Assembly: GCA_032718475.1 (NCBI GenBank)
Contig: JAUCBJ010004144.1
Span: 124,001-188,000, forward strand
From: Nemertoderma westbladi
Taxonomy: Eukaryota; Animalia; Xenacoelomorpha
Direction: 5' to 3'
DNA: 64,000 bases
Shown: positions 39,301-50,100 of the stretch, one piece after another
How the letters are laid out: every line of letters starts with the position of its first letter
Numbering within the stretch: position 1 is the stretch's first letter
The notes under the pieces: generated by a model
Told to the model about the DNA's origin: nothing
Database searches by the model: none
The model's input: only the letters and a program-made list of their open reading frames with translations
Position numbers and translations under genes: made by a program

Positions 39301-42182
39301 CTAGCAAGGATGGATTGGGGGTTACTTTATACCTTAGACGACAAGTGACATCGGACAGCTACGATGTATCTCTCGTTACTTCAAGGGCTAGAACAATGCC
39401 ATTGAAGTATATGACTGTACCTCGTGGGGAGCTGCAAGCCGGGACGATATCCACCGATATTGTCAGTCTAGTTCAACGCGAGCTGGAGGCTAACTTGAAG
39501 GTCACATATTGGACGGATGCGACGTTGGTACTTTGGTACATAAACAACGAAGCATTTGAGTTCAAGACTTTCGTAGCCAACAGACGGGCTGAAATATTAG
39601 ACCGGTCGCTCAAACAAGATTGGCGTCACTGTCTAGGGAAGCTGAACCCAGCTGACATCGCGTCACGGGGTATGCAACCGCTTGACTTTTGTAAACCGGA
39701 CAATAAATCCTTTTGGTTTAGAGGACCTGATTTCCTACAGCGACCATCAGACGAATGGCCACCGTTATTCGACGCGACAACCAACACCATACCAGAGGGT
39801 GCCGAGATAAAACTCGACAAGGTTGTCAAGTCTAAAGCGAAAGCCAACGCCAAGGTCAAGAGGAAAAAAGGACGGACGAAATCTGATGACCTGGACGCCA
39901 GACCTGACATTACGCCAGACGTCTCGCCAGACACTCGACCAGACGCTTGTACGAATCCTTCGCCGGATGTTCCGCGGGAGATTTCACCAGACGTTTCGCC
40001 GGATTGTTCACCAGATTACTCGCCAGACTATTCACCAGAAGAGACACCAGATTGTTCTCCGGATTGTTCGCCAGATTGTTTGATGGAACTCTCGACGGAA
40101 TGTCTACCGGACGTCTCACCAGACTTTCCACCAGACATCTCGACAGACTGTCCACCAGACTTTAGACCAGACTTTGAACCAGACTTTCTGACAGAAGTTA
40201 CGCTAGACAGACTTTGGGACCGACGACAGGACATTTCGCTGGAAGTTCCGCGCTATGTCTCACCAGACGTCTCACCAGACTGTTCACCAGACGCTTCACC
40301 AGACTGTCTACTAGACACTCCATTAGAAGAACCATTGGAGCGGACCTTTAGAGACTTACCAAATTTGACTTCTTTGGACGACGAAGGTGTGGCCACAGGG
40401 ATTACACTCCACTCGAAGAAGGTACTTGACTTACCTACAGGTAAACGTGTGACTAAGGTTAGGAAGCTTACAGGCTCACAGGAACACACTGGCACTGTAG
40501 AGTTGAAACCGTTACTGCCAGTCGACACATTAGGTGCGGACGGTAAAGGTAAGACCGTAGAGATTGACGTACTTGGGGACTCAGACAAACCTACCGGAAG
40601 GCCCGTGGGCCTACCAAGTCCAGACAAGTATCTACCCTACGACTACACCTTACCCGATGACGTCACCAACACTTACGTTGACAGGATAGTGAACCTAACT
40701 AGATCATGGACTGACGCGTGCCGCAAGTTAGCATGGCTCAAACGTTTGAGACAATATGCCAGAGGCAAACGCGACTTTCCTAGAAGACTTACCTTAAAGG
40801 AAATTGGCCACTGTGAAGTTGATATCATTCGTCATTATCAATTGCGATATTTCGCACGAGAGTTCACAGCGATCAAACAAGGTAAACAGATTAAGTCTTC
40901 ACCGATTTTGAGTTGGAGTCCGATTATTTACCGGGGCTTACTTTGTCACAAGTCCAGACTCCAAAACATCGACTTTGCACTTGACTTTAGGTATCCTATC
41001 ATCATACTGCAACACCATGAGTTACAGCGCGCTATGATACTGGACGCACATGTACAACTCAAACACGTAGGTAGACACCACTGTCTATCACACTTACGCT
41101 CGAGGTTTGTACTGATTAGACCTAGTAAGGCACTGAGTTCGGTAACACGGAACTGTATTATTTGTAAGAAGGTGCACGCGAGGATAGGACACCAAGAAAT
41201 GAGTGAACTACCACTAGCTAGATTACAGGCGTTTAGACCCCCTTTCACTGAGACAGGGATAGACTGTTTTGGACCCATAATCGCGAAACGCGGAAGGGTA
41301 CAGGTAAAACGTTGGGGATTGATCTTCACTTGCATGGCCAGCAGAGCTGTCCATATAGAGCGAGTGACAGACTTTACCACCAATGCCTTTATCCTAGCCT
41401 TACGGCGATTTATCGCTAGACATGGATTGGTCAAATCCATATACTGCGACCAAGGGACAAACTTTGTGGGTGCACGGAACGAAATAACCAGAGCTTTGAG
41501 AAAATTGGACCAAAACCAGATTTCCGAGGAACTACGTCCTCACCGTATTGTTTGGTTTTTCAATACTCCAGACAGTCCGTGGAGAGGCGGCGTTTGGGAA
41601 AGGCTGATTGGCTCAATAAAGACAGCTATGGCTAAAGTCGTACCGACGCAACACATCTTGACAGACGACCAATTGACGACGTTACTAATAGAAATCGAAG
41701 CAATCTTAAATACTAGACCGATCGCTTTGATCCCAGACAATAACGACGTACAGTTTGCCTTGACACCAGCGCACCTGCTTATGCAGGCGCCGACGACACT
41801 GTTGCCCATTTCGGTACCCGTTGATAGTGACGGATACGGCAACAAGGCTTGGAAAATCACTCAATTACTTGCAAATAAATTCTGGGAAATATGGCAGAAA
41901 TATTATTTGCCCTCTATTTCGACCAGAACTTCTTGGTATCTAAATACCCGATGTTTAAGACGTGGTGACCATGTTTTATTAGCTGAAGCTAATCTGAAAA
42001 GACGGTTTTGGCTGACTGGAGTCATTTTGACCACGCACCCTACATCTGGTGTAGTGAGGACAGTTACTGTAAGAACTATCGACGGACGTACCGTAGATAG
42101 GCCTGTACAACGTCTCGTACTTCTTGAGGAGACTAGAAACGAGACGGGAGACTACAAATCTCCACCCAATATTAGTAAATAG
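33312..42182 (+). CDS. gag-pol: BEL/Pao Gag-Pol polyprotein (2,956 codons in one frame, interrupted by TGA at 34368-34370 and 34395-34397)
   Basis: ORFs 33312-34370 and 34488-42182 share a frame. Gag core KFSGN ~35790; Cys-His knuckles CSYC/CWRC/CSLC 36480-36692; protease ILDSAS ~36984; RT YLPHH ~38331 and YVDD 38751; RNase H FSDAS 39291 and NPAD 39645; integrase H..H..CxxC, DCFGP 41262, DQGTNF, GGVWE. Confidence 0.95.
34344..34427 (+). repeat. 27-bp tandem repeat x3 (AAADELA*/R) carrying the two gag stops
   Basis: gcagccgacgagttagcc-TGA-cag / gcagctgacgagttagca-TGA-cag / gcagccgacgagctagca-CGA-gtt. Confidence 0.9.
37731..37906 (+). repeat. 78-bp (26-aa) periodic repeat in the PR-RT linker, each unit starting with the 20-nt hairpin (GRLASLP)
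   Basis: ggaaggcttgcgagcctacc at 37731, 37809 and 37887. Confidence 0.9.
39898..40316 (+). repeat. 12-bp coding minisatellite encoding xSPD tetrapeptides between RNase H and integrase
   Basis: Repeated tcgccagac/tcaccagac: ISPDVSPDCSPDYSPDYSPEETPDCSPDCSPDC..VSPDVSPDCSPDASPDC. Confidence 0.9.
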
Positions 42183-42679
42183 ATGTGGGACCTTAATTGG
42201 CCGCCACATAGACCTACTGTATTTTAGTTATTTGTATTTGTTTAACTGTACGTGCATTTGTAATCCTCTTCACTGTAGATAGAGACAGCGGTGGAATTCC
42301 ATTGTCTTTATACGTGAACATGGAGGGTAGTACCCTTATGTATCACATAGGAGCGGGATTGTGTGTACAGTAGGAATGGAATTCCACTTGGAACCCACAA
42401 GTGAGACAATTTTTCAAAAATTATTAGACAAATCCATTTATTTGGATTTAAATTTAAGAAAACGATTCTCCAGTGAAAGCAAATTCTAGAATACAGCTAG
42501 ATAAAAATTAAAATTGGGGAGGACAAGAGCGGATGGAAGGCTTGCGAGCCTACCGATAAAATTTTTTTTGGAAAAAGAAAATCGGCCTTGTTCTACGTAG
42601 TTGTGTCTACTATTATTTAAACCAATTAATTCTCGACTGCACTATTTTTCTTGGGAAATGTAGTTTGGGAAATTAAAAG

Positions 42680-42877
42680 GTAAGTATTTTAGACTCGCGG
42701 CTAGTTTACCCGGAATTCGTTTTTTATCGGCACATTTTTTGGATTAGGAGCCAGTGCGAAATCACGCGAACCCGAAATCATTAGGCAAAATGGGTTGGGG
42801 TTTAGAGCAGAGTTGAGCCAAAAGCCGACAAACTCTAAGTCACCTCACATCTAACCTCTATTTTGTGCTTCATCTAG
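42680..42877 (+). other. Candidate spliceosomal intron upstream of ORF3
   Basis: AAG|GTAAGT donor, CTAAC branch point 42851, pyrimidine tract, CTAG| acceptor. The sister copy keeps AAG|GTGAGT (1651), ctaac and tcctctag (1848). Confidence 0.55.
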
Positions 42878-42919
42878 TAGAAACGTAATGATATGTAACC
42901 ACATATATATTCGTATACG

Positions 42920-44408
42920 ATGGCGGAGAAGATGTATAAAGAGTTACGTCAAGGGTTTACGCAAGAACAAGAGCACCAGGCGCCATTCAATCGTTATGGA
43001 GCTAAAAACTTTAGTGTGTTTGGAGTTTAGAGTATGGCTAGGAGTACGGCCAAGCTCGCTAAATCCAAGGCGGACCCAAATGTTACGCGACAGCGGTTGG
43101 ACGCATACAACAAAAGAACGGAGGAATTACGCGCGGAGTTCAATGCGTTATATCCCTACGATGCGTTATGCGACGCTAGCAACATTTGCGAGGATCCAGA
43201 CACCGAAATACGCCGATTGTATCATACGCTGCAATATTTGACGGTAAACGAACCCTTACCTGCAGCTAGAGACGAATTTGAAGGAATGCATCTTTATAGA
43301 CGCGCTCGAGGAGCGGATCCAGAGACCAAGGACGCGTTCTCCATATACAAACTGTTTTATAAATGTGGAGCGTGTATGCGCGAGCAAGACAACGCGATTC
43401 CTATGCGGTTGAACTCGGAGAACCCCGAGCCAATATTAGCGCGATGTTCATACCACCAAAGTCTACGTTACCAAGAAGGCGGATACCCTTTAACAAATCC
43501 GTATCATTCATTTAAAATGAGTGGACCGAACGCGGGTGAGATCGTTATTTACGAACCCAAATTAGTCGAACCAGACGTCTACAGCATGGTAGTGGACGAG
43601 TCTAATAAGTCGACACAAGAGAAACGGGAAGCTTTGAGCCTCTACAGGGCGTACAAGGCGTACGAGAAAGGCGAGATCGAGGAGTTCGGAGGAAGGCTCG
43701 CGAGCCTACCATTCTATTGGATATCCCACGATCAAACCGAACCCAATGAGATGACACCCGAGCTCTTCGATAGTATCACCTCTGCTCAGCGTTTGTCGCA
43801 GAGACTACAGATACCTCATGTCGAGATGACGCGAGAACCTCAGCCCCATTCTACTGGAGCGATAGTACCGGTTGCGAGACCAACTAGTTTTCCTATTAGT
43901 ATACCGACCCGGAAGGAGACAACTTACGAGATCCCTATAGTTGAACACCCGGAGATCATCTCGAACCTGGATTTCCTCCCATCGGTTACCTTCGGTGATG
44001 TGTTAGAGTCAACCGAGTTGCGTAAAGTAATAGTTCAAAAAAATCGTACGCAACGTGCCTCCCCATATCACGGACTTTAAGGAAGTGGATCGCGCGGGGA
44101 CGGATATCGCACCTTGTATCTTGCGAGGATATCTGACGAAAACGATTCGATTATGGATCGGAGTTGGAACGTTTGAAACCGACACCGATATCGCGACCAA
44201 TTGGACCGGTAAACCTATTAGTTTCGATGATGAGAAGTCGATTGGGAGAATTTGGAACCCAGCCGACGATTTACTCGACGATTGGGACGTGACTAGCCGA
44301 TCTCTGAATATTATATTTGGGTATTTATATTGGACATTATGTTTGAATGTTGGGTTTGGAGGAGCGAGATATGGAAGGAAGGCTTGCGAGCCTACCGTTA
44401 GCAATTAG
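42920..44408 (+). CDS. Accessory ORF3, unknown function, putative CxxC..CxxH zinc-binding protein (reconstructed ~495 aa; intact segment 43034-44080)
   Basis: 348-aa ORF. In-frame upstream extension MAEKMYKELRQG.. is blocked by TAG 43028-43030 (GAG in the sister copy). Removing one A from the A7 run 44037-44043 fuses it to 44055-44408. Homologue at 62060-63642 on the minus strand. Confidence 0.75.
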
Positions 44409-44860
44409 TGCTCAGGAGAAGATATCCAGACCAGCAGGACGAACTATTTATATCGTCAGGAGGACATTATTTGGAAGTTATTAGCGCATTATGTTTATAT
44501 TATATTTGAACTGATTTAATTTGGTGAAGGTTTATTATGTATATTTACAAAATATAAAGATTTATTGAAAGAGTTACAATTATTTGTTCGATTTGTTTTG
44601 ATTTATTTGTTCTAATTTGTTTAATTTGCTTACCTTGATAACCGAAAGCCTTTTTTTCGTATTTTAGGCACTAAAGTTAATTCGTAAATTTGTATTTGTA
44701 TGTACGATCGATTGTATTTACGTCGTATCTGCAATATTAAGTATGCAATAATTAGATAGTGATTATATTTTATATTTTAGGCCCCACCAGTAGATTTAGA
44801 AGTAGTTTGTAAATATTTTATATTTCGATTGGTGAAAACAGTCTTACTTACTGTTTTCAT

Positions 44861-44867
44861 GGAGCGG
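44861..44867 (+). promoter_or_regulatory. Short PPT-position motif GGAGCGG
   Basis: Directly precedes the 3' LTR TG; same motif at 3354-3360 and, on the minus strand, 62034-62040. Confidence 0.7.
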
Positions 44868-47160
44868 TGATGAATTATTTCACTATAAGGTAGCATTTGT
44901 AGTTTAACTTTAACGTAAAAACTTTTGAAAATCCGACGTATTTTGAGTAAGTTATAGTAATGTAATATTGCCTATTCATATTGTACACATAAAACCCTTA
45001 GGTACTCTCGTGGCGTAGAGGTCAGATGGTTAAGGCGTTGGTTACATTACAGATAGGTTACGAGTTCGAATCCCGGTCGGGAAATTTGTATTTTGAGGCC
45101 ATTTATTTTCGTTTGGTGCTAATTAGTGGACCAATGAGAAGCGTACAACGTAGCGAATAATGAGCCAGGCCAATCATAGGGCATAAATTATCTTATTGCT
45201 CAAATGTGAGGCAGTGGAAAATTCTGCTAGGATTCCATGTCCCAGATTAGTGTAAGGGCCGGATTACGTTGAACGATGAGCTGGGCCAATCATAGGGCAC
45301 AAAGCACTTTATTGCTCAAATACGAAGCTGTGGAAAATTCTGTTTAGTTTCCATGTGCGATATTTAGTATAAAAAGGCCGGTTTGCCTTCGGTTATTATT
45401 CTTCTACACACACTTAATGTTAGATTCAGATTCTCTTAGTAATTGTGATCTCTCTCTCTCTGTTAGTTTATTTCGGTTTCTTGTTGAAACTTTGTTTGAT
45501 AAATCATTTTGTAAAACTGTAAATATACTGCAAATTCCTGAACGTGTTTTTTCTTTGGTCCAACTTGGGACAGCCAAACATCAGGAGGATGGCAGCCTAG
45601 ACCGTTAGGCCGTAAGCAACGCAGGGAAGAGATGTCCACAACACGCTAGCGCCCACATTGGATAGACCGCGCACCCCCCTTTGCCCTTCGAAATACTCGA
45701 CTTGCCATGCAGCGCCGCTTTGTGAGAAAGGTAAGACTTTGTTCGACGCCCTTGCCCGCCGTAAGACCTATAGATCAGGGTAAGCGTGACGCCGTCCTGG
45801 ACGCCGCAAATTTAGGATCAAATAATTATATTCAGACAGAAACACCCCCCCCCCCCCTTTGTCATGTCCTACGAACCCCTGGGTTAACCTGTACTTCCTA
45901 CAGGTAGGCTACGAACTATTGCCATTCGTCAGTATGCGAGTACATATTAGGTACGGACAGCATATGTTCCATAATTTAGTGATTCGTAGTACTGACTGTT
46001 TGGTACCGGTTCGCTTTGTAGAACGTACATTAGTACCCCCCCCCCCCTGTCTGGAGTTAGCTATTTGATCAGGCAAGGAGTATTTCTGCTACCGGCACAC
46101 TGCTTGGCCTAGGGAGGTTTATTAATATCCTACCGCGCCTTGCCACGTACTGATAGGTATTGCTGCTAACTACCGCAGCAACAAAATTCTAGAATTAAAT
46201 TAGTATACCAGATCAGCTAACGTACGGTAGCGATTAACCCCTATTTCTTATCTTACAACCAGAATCTGGTATTAGTGCCGATCACGGGTGTAGTTACTAA
46301 CACCTTGGTTGCCCATTGGGTTGTGGATAGGAAGGAGAGAGCTTTGACGTCATTTGTGAGTATAAAGTTCTACAAAACGCGACTAGTTTATTTTAGTAGC
46401 TAGCGCACGGTATCATTTTAGTCAGAAAATCACTAAAACCTAGTAAAGGAATTACACGAAATTGTTTTATTTGTAACACACCCACACGCCCTAAAACATA
46501 CTGCCCTTAGAGTTCTACTAGCTATAGCGCACTATACATTATTTTAGGTAGAAGTTATCTGTATTTGTAAAATTAGGATCTGATATTTAGTTGCGGCAAT
46601 AAGGAGTATTTCACTTTCGTTATTAAACTGTTGTTTTCTGTCCAGCAGTATTGTTACATTTAGGCCTGACCCTTTAGACTGATTTCGTACAGGGGGATCA
46701 GTTATTGTTACATTTAGGCACGACCCCTTTTCGACTGATTTAGGACAGTCAGTGTTGTTACGCTAGGTCTGTTAACCCACTAGCTCGTATATAAACCATA
46801 TAAATCACACCGCGGCAAGTTACTGTATTTAGGACTGTCAGTGATAGTTAGGATTCGCTGCACGGGGATTGTTTTCCCGTGAGTTTGGTCTGTTACTGTA
46901 ACTGTACATCTGCCTCACCGGTTAGAGGACAGGTATCCTTTTGTCTAGTACGTAGGCATTAGACTCGCTCACGTACATAGAATAGATACTAGGCTCTGTT
47001 CCTCGCCAGTAGTCGTTTGTGTACTGTATCTGTTCATTTAGATATCCTGGACTGGGATTTGTTATCAGATACTGTACGAGCCCGTATACATTACTAGAGT
47101 CTCATAGTAAGATACATCGTTACTAGGATCTGGTAAGCGGTATACTACTGGACCCTTACA
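44868..47160 (+). repeat. 3' LTR (2,293 bp)
   Basis: tgatgaattatttcac..ggacccttaca followed by TSD gaatt. Confidence 0.96.
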
Positions 47161-50100
47161 GAATTATTGTATCACATATTAACTTCGGCTCCAGCCGCTT
47201 TGGCAACACGATGAAACTATAATTAATATTATAGAACACAACAATATTAACAGGGAGATATGCTACTTATCTCTTCATTCTGAGAGCCTCAAAAAGGGGG
47301 TGTTCTGACACAATCAAAATGCATCCATCTCCAGGGGAAAGACGAAGCAAAGAACAGCTGATTACTTCTATAAATGTAAGTGTTACCTGCTCTTTTGACT
47401 TTCATTTAATATTGTCTATCTCTTGGAGTGGGTTAGAAGTCATGAATATGAAAATCGATGTCGTTTTTTGTAAAAAATCAGAGGAGATTTTAATAAATTA
47501 ATGCTGAAAAACACCAAGGATTTTGACATGGCTTTAATACTCATTATATTCATGAAATAGCTGAGAAATTTGAGGTGAATTATTGTATCACATATTAACT
47601 TCAGCTCCAGCCGCTTTGGCAATACGATGAAACTATAATAAATATTCTAGAACACAACAATATTAACAGGGAGATAGGCTACTTATATCTTCACTCTGAG
47701 AGCCTCAAAAAGGGGGTGTTCCGACGCAATCAAAATGCATCCATCTCCAGGGGAAAGACGAAGCAAAGAACAGCTGATTACTTCTATAAATGTAAGTGTT
47801 ACCTGCTCTTTTGACTTCCATTTAAGATTGTCTATCTCTTGGAGTGGGTTAGAAGTCATGAATATGAAAATCGATGTCGTTTTTTGAAAAAAATCAGAGG
47901 AGATTTTAATAAATTATTGCTGAAAAACACCAAGGATTTTGACATGGCTTTAATACTCATTATATTCATGAAATAGCTGAGAAATTTGAGGTGAATTATT
48001 GTATCACATATTAAGTTCGGCTCCAGCCGCTTTGGCAATACGATGAAACTATAATACATATTCTAGAACACAACAATATTAACAGGGAGATAGGCTACTT
48101 ATATCTTCACTCTGAGAGCCTCAAAAAGGGGGTGTTCCGACGCAATCAAAATTCATCCATCTCCAGGGGAAAGACGAAGCAAAGAACAGCTGATTACTTC
48201 TATAAATGTAAGTGTTACCTGCTCTTTTGACTTTCATTTAAGATTGTCTATCTCTTGGAGTGGATTAGAAGTCATGAATATGAAAATCGATGTCGTTTTT
48301 TGTAAAAAATCAGAGGAGATTTTAATAAATTATTGCTGAAAAACACCAAGGATTTTATACTCATTATATTCATGAACTATTTGAGATATTTAATACGATG
48401 AAACTATAATAAATATTCTAGAACATAACAATATTAACAGGGAGATAGGCTACTTATATCTTCACTCTGAGAGCCACAGATAGGGGGTGTTCCGACGCAA
48501 TCAAAATTAATCCATCTCCTGGAGAAAGACGAAGCAAATAACAGCTGATTACTTCTATAAATGTAAGTGTTACCTGTTCTTATGACTTTCGTTTAAGATT
48601 CTCTATCTCGTGGAGTGGGTTAGAAGTTATAAATATGAAAATCGATGTCGTTTTTTGTAAAAAATCAGAGGAGATTTTAATAAATTAATGCTGAAAAACA
48701 CCAAGGATTTTGACATGGCTTTAATACTCATTATATTCATGAAATAGCTGAGAAATTTGAGGTGAATTATTGTATCACATATTAACTTCGGCTCCAGCCG
48801 CTTTGGCAATACGATGAAACTATATTAAATATTCTAGAACACAACAATATTAACAGGGAGATAGGCTACTTATATCTTCACTCTGAGAGCCTCAAAAAGG
48901 GGGTGTTCCGACGCAATCAAATTCATCCATCTCCAGGGGAAAGACGAAGCAAAGAACAGCTTATTACTTCTATAAATGTAAGTGTTACCTGCTCTTTTGA
49001 CTTTCATTTAAGATTCTCTATCTCATGGAGTGGGTTAGAAGTTATAAATATGAAAATCGAGGTGGTTTTTGAAAAAAATCAGAGGATATTTTGATAAATT
49101 ATTGCTGAAAAACCCCTAGGATTTTGACATGGCTTTAATACTCATTATATTCATGAAATAGCTGAAAAATTTGAGGTGAATTATTGTATCACATATTAAC
49201 TTCGGCTCCAGCCGCTTTGGCAACACGATGAAACTATAATTAATATTATAGAACACAACAATATTAACAGGGAGATATGCTACTTATCTCTTCACTCTGA
49301 GAGCCTCAAAAAGGGGGTGTTCTGACACAATCAAAATTCATCCATCTCCAGGGGAAAGACGAAGCAAAGAACAGCTGATTACTTCTATAAATGTAAGTGT
49401 TACCTGCTCTTTTGACTTTCATTTAAGATTGTCTATCTCTTGGAGTGGGTTAGAAGTCATGAATATGAAAATCGATGTCGTTTTTTGTAAAAAATCAGAG
49501 GAGATTTTAATAAATTAATGCTGAAAAACACCAAGGATTTTGACATGGCTTTAATACTCATTATATTCATGAAATAGCTGAGAAATTTGAGGTGAATTAT
49601 TGTATCACATATTAACTTCGGCTCCAGCCGCTTTGGCAATACGATGAAACTATAATAAATATTCTAGAACACAACAATATTAACAGGGAGATAGGCTACT
49701 TATATCTTCACTCTGAGAGCCTCAAAAAGGGGGTGTTCCGACGCAATCAAAATGCATCCATCTCCAGGGGAAAGACGAAGCAAAGAACAGCTGATTACTT
49801 CTATAAATGTAAGTGTTACCTGCTCTTTTGACTTTCATTTAAGATTGTCTATCTCTTGGAGTGGGTTAGAAGTCATGAATATGAAAATCGATGTCGTTTT
49901 TTGAAAAAAATCAGAGGAGATTTTAATAAATTATTGCTGAAAAACACCAAGGATTTTGACATGGCTTTAATACTCATTATATTCATGAAATAGCTGAGAA
50001 ATTTGAGGTGAATTATTGTATCACATATTAACTTCGGCTCCAGCCGCTTTGGCAATACGATGAAACTATAATACATATTCTAGAACACAACAATATTAAC

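Larger units (their letters stand above)
30047..47160 (+). mobile_element. Full-length BEL/Pao LTR retrotransposon, 17.1 kb
   Basis: TG..CA LTR pair; 5-bp TSD GAATT (30042-30046, 47161-47165); single-frame gag-PR-RT-RH-IN order with BEL-type motifs. Satellite continues in register across the insertion. Confidence 0.97.

Noticed and set aside
33228-42209. Antisense and alternate-frame ORFs over gag-pol
   Set aside because: Shadow ORFs of a long, GC-richer, repeat-containing coding frame; no motifs.
43034-44408. ORF3 as a classical env glycoprotein
   Set aside because: No signal peptide or clear fusion/TM architecture seen; only a short, mildly hydrophobic C-terminal stretch.
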